A stretch of DNA of 64,000 nucleotides, from assembly GCA_038087875.1 (NCBI GenBank), contig CM075977.1, positions 321,098,001 through 321,162,000 of the forward strand. Direction: 5' to 3'. A program made the translations under genes and the position numbers. The notes under the pieces were generated by a model. That model saw only the letters and a list, made by a program, of their open reading frames with translations. It was not told the DNA's origin and searched no databases. This document shows positions 49,350 to 61,821 of the stretch, in pieces. The stretch comes from Malacoraja senta (lineage: Eukaryota). The stretch's first letter is position 1. The number at the start of each line of letters is the position of its first letter.

Positions 49350-51211
49350 CCAGGAGACACCTAAGAAGCATTTATTTCTTTATGCAACAAAAACTTAAAT
49401 ATGATCATGTGTACATCAAAATGTACACATTAACTACAATGAACAATGTCTGGAATCATAACATTGATGCAACTGCAAATAATTTCACCAAAATAAACAA
49501 AGATGAATGTGAACTGGGAGACAAACTAGTGAAAAATAGCTTAAAAAATTCAACATATCAATAAAACACTCACTAAATGCATTAACAATTTGAACTGTTG
49601 AACTGTCTTCACAAGCTGCCAAAATCCAATTTTTTTTCTCTAGAACACTTCATTTTTTACATCATTGGTTACAGAGCCTGGTAACTTGAACAACTCGTCA
49701 TAAAACTGGTCTTTCAAAAGTACCTCATTCACTTCAAGATCTGATACAAAATCTGAAACTCAAAAAGTTTCCGTTACCTTTCAGAGCAATATAGTTTTAT
49801 AAGAAAGTAGAACATAAAAGGCCTCTTGATAAAATTTCATAAATTAAAAGTACTAAAAGCAGGTTTTAAAAAGTAATGTTAGGATAGAGGAAATGTTTTA
49901 AAATCCTGTTCTCATTTTGACTCTTTCCACTATTCAACATTAGGGGTGAAATTCAAGAAAACCCTTTAAATAGAGTACTGAACTCCTCACCGGGACCCTT
50001 GAAACCACAAATTAAAACACTTGCTTGAACAACATTTGAATTTGGCTTGCTGTAAAGGTTAAGCTTGACCAATGCTCAGTCAAGCTGCCAGATAGGAGAG
50101 CGTTGTTGTATAGAATGCTCGGCCATGGAAGGGAGGGGTACACAGAAAGGTGCAGCAGCCCAATTCCATCCTAGAAAGCGTGCTGGCATGTTGACCAACT
50201 AAAGCAGCACATTGGCAACTGTGGAGAAATGCTTGGATCAGATTAGCCCCACTTTCCCTGGAAGAGGAAGGCAAGCAGATAAACACGAGGATACATTAAA
50301 AGAATAATTATTTAAAAGGCAGCATTTGCAAAACAACTGCTATCACCAGATTTAAGTCTGTATTCACAAAAAGAATTCTGTGCAAGTTTCATTAACTGTC
50401 AATATAAATTACAGAAAAACATTTTTGCAAACACAGATACTGATACAGAAATCCTGCTGAGATTCATTTTATAAAGGATAAAACAATGTGGACTCAGTGC
50501 AAATTTTAGAGAACAGTGTCAAAAATATCCCCAACTTAATGGCAGACTTCAGTATTACACCGTTTAAATCTTTACTACAACGTTTATGGCAGTAGCTTCA
50601 AATATTATAAGCACATATTCAACTGCTCTTTTATCCACAGCTTTATTCTTTCACTCACCAAAATCAAATTATATTCAAATTGGGACTATTTTAAATAATA
50701 CAAATGCTTCTGCCTGCAAAAATTAATAGTAACATGTGACTTTATAATGCACCATTGCCGACTTCACAAGTCAGTATAATAACTTACTTTGGAAGGTAAA
50801 ACTGTTGCAGCAAATTACTAAAGCATAATTAAAATAGTTACATAAGACATTTGTAACAAAATCTTAATCTAGTGATTATTTTTAAGAGTGTCAAGAATTG
50901 TTAAGTAATCTTAACATCTAAAGATACTGCATAAAAATAACCTCAGGGAATTACAATGCCGACCCTACAACATTGCAAAAGTTAAATTTTCCGTTAAAAT
51001 TTAAATGAATGAGTTCAATAATATCTTCTTAATATATAACCCAAACTCTGATGCAGTGTTGTCCTGATATTTTGAGGGTGAGGAGTTGTGTAAACTAATT
51101 TAAGATTTAGTATAGTATCTCAATCCTTTTATGTGGTACATTTCCCTCAGTGGCAAGGAATACTTCTTTTCTACAGCCTTTGTCTCCTTCCCTTTGGCAT
51201 GGGCTTTCTTC
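49350..51211 (-). other. PDS5A: PDS5A 3' UTR (about 1.9 kb, distal end inferred)
   Basis: Repeat-free sequence between the terminal-exon stop and the AATAAA. Confidence 0.6.
49371..49376 (-). terminator. PDS5A: Candidate PDS5A polyadenylation signal AATAAA
   Basis: tttatt on the + strand; followed on the - strand by a GU/U-rich element (ggtgtctcctggtttctgtttctctc). Confidence 0.6.
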
Positions 51212-51215
51212 TTAC
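51212..51215 (-). CDS. PDS5A: PDS5A terminal exon coding part: last G of the Arg codon plus TAA
   Basis: Pyrimidine-rich acceptor ending tgtgtag at 51216, then G-TAA-GAAGAAAGCCCATGCCAAAGGG; completes CAA AG|G TAA. Confidence 0.8.
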
Positions 51216-52315
51216 CTACACAAAAAAGGAAAATATTTTAAAAAGTAAAATAAATGTGCCTTACTAAATAGATACTTCCTCAAATTGCTTTATCAATCTG
51301 TGAGTCCTATTAGATTAAAGACAAATACATCAAGATACAGGAGGGTTTGTAGAAGTTATAAATACTTGCAGGAATAACATACATTTGTATTTGATAATGG
51401 AAAAAAAAGGAATCATATAGGGAAAATGTATGGTTAATTTACAAGAATCACTAAATGTTTTGAGCTGGAAGAATCGATTTATGGTAGTCCTTTGGTATTG
51501 TCAGTGACAGAGGAGGAGAGTGGAAGCTTTGGAGAATAGGGCCAAGGCTTTGATGTTTGCTAAAATAGAGGAACATTGATAGCACTCGAGACACAGGAAG
51601 AAGTCTAAAGGGGATCACAGAAAATAAAGATAAATTTGTTTGAGAACCTATATCTGATAATGAAAAGCCATCACATTTTAATGGACTCTAAAATAAGCGG
51701 TTTTAATAGTTTCAAATTTGTAGAGTGTGAGGGAATAGCATATACAATATTGGAACAGGTAAATCAAGAGATGCTGGCAGAGATAAGATGGAGTGGAAAT
51801 ACATTTGGATATGGAAGGGATAAATGCAAATTATCAAGGTATAATGATCAATGAGGAAAAAGTAATCCAATTTTCAGACTTAAACTGCAGATGTCTTTGA
51901 AATGTAACAGTATTTTTAAGAACATTTTGAACAGTGTGCATGCTGAAGGATGTTCAGAATGGGACATATCAAATGTCGATAGCACAAGCAGCTAATATCA
52001 TAATAATTGCCAGTTTTCATTAGATTAATGTTCCTTTGCTATAAATTTGTATAATAAGAAATAATATAAACCAAAGTGAAATTAACATTTTGTTTTCTCA
52101 GTATTTTTAACTTAAGCTGTTTTGAAGACAAAATAAACAGAATAGGACAGGATAAAAGAGAAGTCTGATCTGTTCAAGTTTTTGTTTTACATAATTGAAT
52201 GATGACAACTACATTCTCTTTGAGAAAATATGATCAAGAATGCGGTTCCCCAAAGTAAGTATATGAAAGCCAGACAGTAACTGGAAAATATTTTCTTTTC
52301 AAGACACAAGGGGAG

Positions 52316-52600
52316 GGATGGTGGCACAGAGGTGCAGTTGCTGCCTTACAGCGCCAGAAACCCGTGTTCGTTCCTGACCATGGCTGCATGTCTGTACAGA
52401 GTTTGTACGTTCTCCGCGAGACCCGAGTGTGTTTTCTCCGGGATCTCCAGTTTCTTCCGACACTTCAAAGACACAGGTTTGTAGGTTAATTGGCTTGGTA
52501 TAATTGTAAATTGTCCTTAGTGTGTGTACGATAGTGTATATGTGTGGAGATCGCTGGTTGGGTGCAGACTCAGTGGGCTGCACCGCGCTGTAACTAAACA
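52316..52600 (+). mobile_element. tRNA-derived V-SINE (HE1-like)
   Basis: A-box-like gtggcacagagg, B-box-like gttcgttcc, V domain gagtttgtacgttctcc...ctccagtttcttccgacacttcaaagac. Confidence 0.8.
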
Positions 52601-53324
52601 TAAGAAAAAAAGTAAAACCAACTTTCTTCAGTACCATACTCCCTAACACATCTGATGGTATTTACATCTTTAAAAATGTTTTCTGGAAGATAGAGTATTT
52701 AGGATAATTGTAAAATTTCCAAATAAATTGATCTTTGGGTGGTTGCATCTTTGCTTGGAATGGTCTTCAGATTCACTTGTGCCTTCATGAAGATCACTTT
52801 GTTAGAGTTTCAATTATCGTTAACACAGTCACAGTACTGGTGAATGAAACTGATTCAGAGCAAGTCTTAAGGCAGTCTTTAGATTGCACTGGTCCACACA
52901 CTCAAAATACAAATCTTGTTTTCCATTTTCAGATCAATGGTTGCCAAAAATAGTCTTGTTATAATTGTGGAATCTTTCGATTTGGTGAGGACTTCCTACT
53001 TTTTAACGTGGAAAGCCTAATAGTGGAATTTGGTGGGAGTAGACACACCCAGGGAATCCAATTTATCCTTGACTGTAATCAAGACTGATTATTTAGAACC
53101 CACTAACCTGAAACGTTCTTAAAAGATTGCATTTGCTTATAAATGTGGCCATCACATTTTCCACAAAAACAGTGGAGTAGATTTCATGAATTTTGATTGT
53201 GATGCTAGTTAACATAATCAAGATTAGAAGTTCTGCGCTTTGACCATGATTGACTATTTTACTCAGAAACTTGCTTCAGGAGTTTTGCTAAAGAGAAAAT
53301 AATGGCAGTTGATCTTGACTGGGT

Positions 53325-53670
53325 AGTACAATGGCACAGCTGGTAGGGCTGCTGCCTCATAAGTCCAAGGGTCAAGTTTTACTCCTGACCTCAAGTGTTG
53401 TCCATGTGGAGTTTGCACGTTTCCACTGTGATCAAGTGAGTTGCCACCAATTGCCCCAGTTTCCTCCGACATCGCAAAGATGTGCAGGTTCGGAAGTTAA
53501 TCGGCCACTGTAAATTGCCCTGAGTGTTGGGGGGGCAGTAACATCTGGAGGTAGTTGATTAGATTGTGGGAACAATGGATCACAGGAAAAATTGTGTAAG
53601 AATGCGATAGATTTGTGAGCTGGCACACGTGTTCAAATGGTCTCAAAGTATACACAAAGTATTCCATTTG
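53325..53670 (+). mobile_element. Diverged V-SINE
   Basis: atggcacagctggtagggctgctgcctca...gtggagtttgcacgtttcc...cagtttcctccgacatcgcaaaga. Confidence 0.7.
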
Positions 53671-54185
53671 GACATTTTTACTTACTATAATGACACTACT
53701 CTTAATGTCAACATGCTACCTCTTCCATCCAATAAGACTTTAAAACTGCTCATTATTACTACTGCACCTTTAGGAAGCTTCCCTCTGCTAGCTTTGGGTT
53801 ATCAATCTCATTCTGACTGCTCTCACAGGATTTGAACAAATCCAGTTCCTCAGCTGAACTCTCTGGAGTTGACTCTAGTTCCATCACTGAGTATCCATCA
53901 CTGTCCAAAACCTGGATTCTGAAAAATAAGGAATGCTAGAATTCAGTAACAGGAACTTATTTTAATTCTTTCACAGGACAGGGTGTCTCTGGCAAACCCA
54001 GCACTTTTGCCCACCCTTTCTTTTTCTGTAGTCAATCTCCTCTCTTCCCTTACACTTACATATTATATTTCAAGCTGCAACTTGATAAAACCTCCTAAGA
54101 GGGGGCAGAAGGATATAAAAGCACAGAGATTAAATAGGGACCTACACATTCATCATATTTCTTTCTCATTACAATGACAAATTAC

Positions 54186-54541
54186 CTTTGTAGATCCATC
54201 TGTCTTGGTGCTGGTGCTCTCTTAACATTTGTTTCTTGCTGTTTTGGTACTTTAATAGTTGTTGTTTCTGGTTCTGCAGGGCTTTCCTGGTTGGCTGCAA
54301 CTCTTTTCCTGCCTCTCCCTGATGGTTTGTTTGTATCTGCATTCTTTGCAGAATTACTTTCTGACACAGCTTTGGGTGGACGACCTCGTCTTGCTTTGGG
54401 GGGAACTGGTGCTGCAGTTTCTTCAGATTTCTTCTCTTCTGGTATCTGTTGAATATTCTCTGAGCCAGCTGCAGGTGCTGTCCTTTTCTTTCCACGTTCT
54501 GTACTGGTCTGTGGTGGTAAAGACTGTTCAGAGGACATCTC
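54186..54541 (-). CDS. PDS5A: PDS5A penultimate exon: EMSSEQ...RGKKRT...ENIQQ...RRGRPPK...GRKR...QESP...RQMDLQ(R)
   Basis: Acceptor ataacag ends at 54542, donor gtaatt starts at 54185; 356 nt, phase 0/2; matches the PDS5A C-terminus (...RQIDLQR). Confidence 0.93.
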
Positions 54542-55271
54542 CTGTTATAATGAGGACAGAACGTACACAGAACTATGCATAATATCACGTTGGATAATTA
54601 CAAGAACTACTAACTGATGTTATTTCACTGCACTTGAGTTTTATGTTGAACAATCTATGGAAAAATTTGATTAGATAAAGCTAAATTGTATTTTAAAATA
54701 AATATCCATGTGAAATACAGAAGTGTTTTATGAAATCTCAAACAAATAAAAATGTACTTAAAAGGAGAATGAAATATAACCTCAGTTGAAAAATCACTGA
54801 TATAACATACCTAATGAATTCACCAAGATCAAATTTTTCTGAGCTGGGATTAATAGCTTTTCTTGTTAGTTAACAATTGTATGTAAAGTGAAAAGCGGCT
54901 AGAAGCATAGAGGTTATCTTTCTGACTGGGTGGTTAAGTGCATATAGTCTCCACATATTTGTTTCAAGCCAGCACTTTTCCTCTCATTCTTTATTTCAGA
55001 ATGATTTCTGCACTCTGCTCTGTTGTGATAGAGACTATGCCGAAGAGGTTGAAATGACTTCATCCCCTTCAACTTCATTCTATTAAATCTTTGAGAAGGA
55101 ACACTTTACAAAACTATTATGCTAACATTAAATTTTTCTTTGAATAGGCAGGGACAATATGCTTCAAACTGATACTAAGCTAGCAATATTTCATTCTCCT
55201 TAGTTCTTTTAAGATCTGGATGCAAGAATGAATGTCATGGTGACCCAGAACCCAGCACCCAAACAAAGTAC

Positions 55272-55389
55272 CTTATTTCTAACTGGTTCATCTTTCTTGT
55301 CTGTTTTGGTTGGGACCACTGTAAGCAATATTACTGGATGTTCTTCATTTTCGCTAACTTCAGTTTCTGGAACTTCTGAATTTTGTTCC
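55272..55389 (-). CDS. PDS5A: PDS5A exon: (R)EQNSEVPETEVSENEEHPVILLTVVPTKTDKKDEPVRNK
   Basis: Acceptor tatcgcag, donor gtactt; 118 nt, phase 2/0; aligns to mammalian EQSSEAAETGVSENEENPV...PVKNK. Confidence 0.92.
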
Positions 55390-55589
55390 CTGCGATACAG
55401 TAATAAAAACAATTAAGTCATCAACAATCCACAATAACCAAAACGATTTTTCAAATCTTCGCCTAACAGCAGCAGCTTTAATCAAATTTCCATCTGTAAC
55501 TAACTATTAAAATGTGGATGGAGCCCTCACCTGTGCCTCCTCTGCATCCCAGTCTAATCTCGATCCCCCCACCCCCCCCCCCATATAGA

Positions 55590-55759
55590 ATAAGGATAAG
55601 CGATTCCCTGGTCCTTGCCGTTCACCCCATTAGTCTCCACAGCCAACACATCATTCTCCGACATTTTCGCGAGCTTCAATTACATCCTATCACTGTACGC
55701 ATCTTACTGACCCCACCCTTTACTGCTTTCTGCAAATATCATTCTCTCCGTGACTCCTT
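55590..55759 (+). mobile_element. Old Penelope-like element, left part; continues at about 58765-59700
   Basis: SLVLAVHPISLHSQHIILRHFRELQ...SLRDSL; resumes with FPCNR and ETKHRLGTRFAEH. Confidence 0.75.
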
Positions 55760-55935
55760 AGAGTCATAGAGTGATACAGTGTGGAAACAGGCCCTTCGGC
55801 CCACAATGTCCCACACCGGCCAACAATGTCCTAGCTACACTCGTCCCACTTGCCTGCGCTTGGTCCATATCCCTCCAAACCTGTCCTATCTATGTACCCG
55901 TCTCGTAAATGATGGGATAGTCCCAGCCTCAACTA

Positions 55936-56929
55936 CAGTGCCCTCCATAATATTTTGCACAGACCCATCATTTATTTATTTGCCTCTGTACTCCACAATT
56001 TCAGATTTGTAATTAAAAAAATCACATGTGTTTAAAGTGCACATTGTCAGATTTTAATAAAGGCCATTTTGATACATTTTGGTTTCACCATGTAGAAATT
56101 ACAGCTGTGTTCATACAGATTAATTTATATCAGAATGATGGCAAGAGCAAAATATGGAGGAGAGAAGGAACTGCCCAAGATCCAAAGCATACCACCTCAT
56201 CTGTGAAACACGGTGGTGAGGGTGTTATGGCCTGGACATGTATGGCTGCTGAAGGTACTGGCTCACTTATCTTCATTGATGATACAACTGCTGATAGTGG
56301 TAGCATAATGAATTCTGAAGTGGATAGACACATCCTATCTGTTCAAGTTCAAACAAATGCCTCAAAACTCATTGGCCGGCGGTTCATTCTACAGCAAGAC
56401 AATGATCCCAAACATACTGCTAAAGCAACAAAGGAGTGTTTCATAGCTTAAAAATTGGTCAATTCTTGAGTGGCCAAGTAAATCACCTGATCTGAACCCA
56501 ATTGAACATGCTTTTATATGCTGAAGAGAAAACTGAAGGGGACTAGCCCCCAAAACAAGCATAAGCTAAAGGCGACTGCAATACAGGCCTGGCAGAGCAT
56601 CACCAGAGAAGACATCCAGCAACTGGTCATGTCCATGAAGTCATTGCATGCAAAGGATATGTAACAAAATACTAAACATGACTACTTTCATTTACATGAC
56701 ATTGCTGTGTCCCAAACATTATGGTGCCCTGAAATGGGGGGATTATATATATAAACACTGCTGTAATTTCTACATGGTGAAACCAAAATGTATAAAAATG
56801 GCCTTTATTAAAATCTGACAACGTGCACTTTAACCACATGTGATTTTTTCTAGTACAAATCTCAAATTGTGGTGTAGAGGCAAATAAATAAATGACGGGT
56901 CTTTGTCCCAAACATTATGGAAGGCACTG
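55936..56929 (+). mobile_element. Internally deleted Tc1, same family as 24810-26541
   Basis: TA|CAGTGCCCTCCATAAT...ATTATGGAAGGCACTG|TA; the deletion near 56115 removes the inner left TIR and the HTH region; QQDNDPKH is retained. Confidence 0.95.
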
Positions 56930-56957
56930 TACCTCCTCTGGCAGCTTGTTCCATATA

Positions 56958-58653
56958 CAGAGCTGCCAAGTTTTGTCAGAACATTTCAGTATTCTAGTAC
57001 CTGAAAATCAGCATTTTGCTGAGGAAATCAGTATTTTTACATGGTGCCATTTTGCAGGAAAAAAATGTTTTTTTTAATGTGCGGTCATATCCATGTAAGT
57101 GTACAAGAATGCATAACTTTGCTACCAATTGACATGTCTTCTACGCACCTTACTTGACAGTGCATTCATTGCCATCTCTTTGTATACTGCTGTTTGAACG
57201 GCTGCTGCTTTTAGCACCAGATGATGATGTAGAAGCCATTTTGGAAGCTTCCCTCTCCCTCCCTCGCTCTCTCTCCCTCCTTCCTCTCTTTCCCTCCATC
57301 TCTCCCCCTCCCTCTCTCCATCCCACCCTCCCTCCTTTTTTTTTCCCTCCCTCTCTTATTCCCTCCCTCTTCCACTCTACCTCCCCGAACAGTCTGTGAC
57401 TCATAGCGCTATGTGTAAAGCCCATTGCGCTGTGTGTAAAGTCCATAGGGCTGCAGCCGGTAGCACTATATTTAGAACTCATAGAGCTGTAGCCGACAGC
57501 ACTTCGTTTCAATTCCCACGCACTAAATTGACAGCGCTGTTTAAACCTGGAGCGGGACAGGCAGATCAAACCGTACAAAAATAATCAATAGACAATCGGT
57601 GCAGGGGTAGGCCATTCGGCCCTTCGAGCCAGCACCGCCATTCAATGTGATCATGGCTGATCATCCCCAATCAGTACCCCGTTCCTGCCTTCTCCCCATA
57701 TCCCCTGACTCCGCTATTTTTAAGAGCCCTATCTAGCTCTCTTGAAAGCATCCAGAGAACCTTCCTCCACCACCCTCTGAGGCAGAGCATTCCACAGACT
57801 CACCACTCTCTGTGAGAAAAAGTGTTTCCTCGTCTCCGTTCTAAATGGCTTACTCCTTATTCTTAAACTGTGGCCCCTGGTTCTGGACCCCCCCAACATC
57901 GTGAACATGTTTCCTGCCTCTAACGTGTCCAAACCCGTAACAATTTTATATGTTTCAATGAGATCTCCTCTCATCCTTCTAAACTCCAGAGTGTACAAGC
58001 CCAGCTGCTCCATTCTCTCAGCATATGACAGTCCCGCCATCCCGGGAATTAACCTTGTAAACCTACGCTGCATTCCCTCAATAGCAAGAATGTCCTTCCT
58101 CAAATTAGGGGACCAAAACTGCACACAATACTCCAGGTGTGATCTCACTAGGGCTCTGTACAACTGCAGAAGGACCTCTTTGCTCCTATATTCAACCCTC
58201 TTGTTATAAAGGCCAACATGCCATTCGCTTTCTTCACTGCCTGCTGTACCTGCATGCTTACTTTCATAGACTGATGTACAAGGACCCCCAGATCCCGTTG
58301 TACTTCCCCTTTTCCCAACTTGAAGCTATTTAGATAGTAATCTGCCTTCCTGTTTTTGCTACCAAAGTGGATAACCTCACATTTATCCGCATTAAACTTC
58401 ATCTGCCATGCATCTGCCCACTCCCCCAACCTGTCCAAATCATCCAGATCTTGAAATTTAAAATACTAATAGATTTAATCTGCTATAATTTTTAGAGGTA
58501 CAGTATGACTTTTTATATCCTTGCATTTTTTAAGCAGCAAGATGAAACAGGAAGTGGGGCTGATTAAAAATTTTAAAAAAATATCCGTATTTAACAAAGC
58601 AAAATCATACATCCGTATTCTTATCGCATTTCCGTACAAAATCGGATATCGAA
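56958..58653. mobile_element. Unclassified insertion, possibly a non-autonomous DNA transposon missing one end
   Basis: Interrupts the CR1 fragment; starts CAGAGCTGCCAAG; short reiterated motifs near both ends (aaatcagtattt and atccgtatt); no matching right TIR found. Confidence 0.45.
57586..58440 (-). mobile_element. 5'-truncated CR1 LINE
   Basis: ORFs 58148-58438 and 57729-58163; tail caatagacaat on the + strand. Confidence 0.93.
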
Positions 58654-58764
58654 TTCCTATTACATTTTTTCCCTTTCATCTTGAACTTGAGGTCGATTCC
58701 CCTACTATGGGCAAGAGACTCTGTGCATCTACCCGATCTATTCCTCTCATGATTTTGTACACCA

Positions 58765-59700
58765 TTTGCTCACCACTCCCTCGGCATTTCCCTTGTAACC
58801 GGTGTACCTAAACCACCCCTTCACCTCCATTCAGGGACCCCAAAAACTCTCTCAGGTCAGAGAGGTTTACATGCACCTATTCCATTCTTGTCAATGGCAT
58901 TTGCTGCTCTCGATGTGGCTTCCTTTAGTCTTGGAGACCAAACATAGATTAGGTACCCGCTTTGCCGAACATTCACATTCTGCCAGCAAGCACAAGGTGG
59001 ATGTCTTGGTTACGAGTCATTTTAATTCTCCTTCCCATTCCCTTGTCTGTCCATGACTGTCTTGTCCATTCCCTTGACTGTCCATGGACTTGTCTGTCCA
59101 TTGCCAGAATGAGGCCACATGCAAACTGAAAGAACAGCTCTTCACATTCTGACTGGGTAGCCTATAACCCAATGGCATGAAATTGAGTTCCCCAATTTCA
59201 GGTAATTCCACCTAACCCCTCTCATTATTCAGCTTACACATACACACACCTTACTTTCCAACCTCCGTCACCATCAACCATTTCCTTTTTCCTCACTCCA
59301 CGCAATTATCACTCATTCCAACTGCAGATCTCCTATTTTCCTCCCTCTCCTTCCCCATCCTCTAACATCCACCACCCCCAACTCCAGTTCCTCATTTACA
59401 TACCACATTCCTCTCTTATCAGTTTCCACCATTTGCATCCTTTTGTCTTCTCCACTTATAACCTCCAACCTTGGTTACTATCTCCACCCTTCTTTCCCTC
59501 AATTGACTCATCTGGTAATCAACCCTAACTGGGATCACCTGCCACATCTTGCCCCACTCCTTCCTCTCATCTCTTTCTACCAGATATCTCCCCTGTAATC
59601 CTGACTGATGATAAATCCTAACCCAAACCGTGATCTGTCCATTTCCTCCACAGATGTTGCGTTCCCCCAGCAGCTTGTTTATTGTTTAAGATTCTGTTGC
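58765..59700 (+). mobile_element. Old Penelope-like element, right part (GIY-YIG remnant, pyrimidine-rich 3' region, decayed CTGATGA motif near 59605)
   Basis: FPCNR; IQGPQKLSQVRE; ETKHRLGTRFAEH...HFNSPSHS. Confidence 0.75.
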
Positions 59701-60213
59701 AATCTGTTGATAACTATTAAAATGTGCTTCACGTACAGAGCAATTGCAATAAAGCTGCTTTTGTAGGTTAAATAAAGAAATGATCAACTAAACTCATTAT
59801 AAAGGAACCCAAATGAAACTGGGCTTGTCTGCACAAAATGAGAAAAACAGGATGGTATTTCAGCTCCTAATGACGATCAAGTATAATTTTATAGTAATGA
59901 ATGAAAAATCCTTCGAGTGTCCTGGGAAAGCTTAATTGATTGGCTTCATAAAACAATTCATAATTGCTGATTATAATCATAATTTCATGAAAGCTACTTA
60001 CAAAATAGATTCATTTTGTCCAGTATATTTGTGCAAATTATATTTAGTTTAGAGATACAGCGCGGAAACAGGCCCTTAGGCCCACTGAGTCCACATAAAT
60101 TTGTAAAATTTAGCAAAGAAAACATAAAATATGATTTTACAAGATAACGAATAGCCTTTTATTTCAAGAAGCCAGGAATATAAAGTAATAAATGTGATTG
60201 TATTATTTAGAAT

Positions 60214-60675
60214 TATTTGTATTATTTGTTAGGGCAGTGGGCAGGTGCTATAGACCTGCACGGGAAGGTAGACGCTCCCGCCCATGAGTCTCGGGCAGAT
60301 GGGGCTCGTCAGCCTGGGAAGGCAGTCCATCTAGGAGAGGGAAACTCTGATTTAAAACCTCCACAGCCTTGTGGCCATATCCAGTCATGGAAAAGGCTCC
60401 TGGAGTAAATCTCAAGAAAATCTGGAGTCGGAGCCCCTAAGGCAGTTCGTCGTTGTCTACAACCTCGCTCTGGCAGCTCCTGCAACGGCGCTGGTGCCAA
60501 ACTGTAACGGCCCGGCTGTTCCTTTGGATCGATCAGCAACTTGGGGAGGGGATACGTGCTGCATGGGCAACAGCCTGTCCTCCATATGACATCGCACAGG
60601 CTTGCATCCGACCACACGTCACCTGCAAACTAGGATGCATCACCCATGGTCAGTCATGACCTAGGGGGGGCCTAC
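60214..60675 (+). mobile_element. Non-coding RTE-derived (bipartite, SINE-like) retroelement with a 13-bp TSD
   Basis: TATTATTTAGAAT at 60201-60213 and 60676-60688; ggcagtccatctaggagagggaaactctgatttaaaacc resembles RTE 5' UTR sequence; short cta-repeat tail. Confidence 0.65.
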
Positions 60676-61821
60676 TATTATTTAGAATGAACAGAGGTGT
60701 GAATTATTAAATTCAAATTTAATGCTTTGTAAACATATTGCATATTGCTTTTAGTCCAAATATGGATATTAGTTATTTACTGCATCTACTCTGAGCTTTA
60801 TTAGTTTGCAACATTAGTTTTCAATGTAAAAGGATGCATAATCAAGACGTACAAGCACTATGTGGTTTTCCAGCCAAACTACCTCTGTTTTGGGTATAAA
60901 TACAAATCAGAAACTTCCTGCACATGGTGTCCAGCAGTGAACACAATACTGCAGATGTAGTCCAGCTGGAGCTCTAACAGCTGTAATATCGCATTATATA
61001 CTGGTTTCTTTAAATAAAAGGCCATTCGTTAGCTTGTAAAATCGCATGTTATATATTTTACGCTAACAGTTACAGATTTCTGTACTTGGACACTATGACT
61101 GAACATTTATGCTCAACTGTTTTTCTTTGTTCTAAAGTGGATAAGCTTAATTGAAAACCAATTATTTGTGTTTTGTCCATTTAATCTGTCAATGCCTATT
61201 GCAAATTATTGCTTCCACCTGTTCTATGTACCATGTCACCTTGAGACCACATTTTGTCGATGAGTACAGAAACATTATCTTTACTCAGTGTGTCCTCTGC
61301 ATAGTGAATTCCTTATTCAAGCTAACAAGTTGCCACCCAACACATGCATTATTTGTGTTAACAGCCTCACGTGGCACCCTCATTAAATACCTATTCTAAG
61401 TAAAACCCCAAAACACAGTTCACCACTCACATTTACATGATTTAACCTTCACAAACCCACAGTGGTGTTATCTGATCAACTCATTTGTACACACTCTCAG
61501 TCATATGCCTCCACAGGTCAAGTGGGAAGGTCTAGAATTTCCATCCTATTTTTTCTACCCACCTCAAAAATGGAGCAGTTTTCCAATACAAGGGCCAGGT
61601 TCTAAACTGAAAGCATATTGGAAGATCACAACATAAAATGACCACTTCTTTTAACACATTACGGTGAGAAGCATCAAGTCTTAAACATGTGCCTATCCTT
61701 GTTCTTACTGATTTTTCCATGAATATTTTTAAAGCTGAATCAAGTTAGGCCCCTACTATTTATTTATAATTTTTGGCCATTATTCAATTTAAAATCTAAA
61801 AGGTTCTTCAATTTAAAAAAA

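Larger units (their letters stand above)
55760..58763 (-). mobile_element. CR1 3' fragment interrupted by other elements (CR1 parts about 55760-55935, 56930-56957 and 58654-58763)
   Basis: The pieces join into the same 3' sequence as the copies at 11733-12060 and 34355-34640. Confidence 0.8.

Noticed and set aside
57150-57578. 142-aa minus-strand ORF as an extra PDS5A exon
   Set aside because: Low-complexity sequence inside an insertion; the flanking PDS5A exons already join in phase (AG|G).
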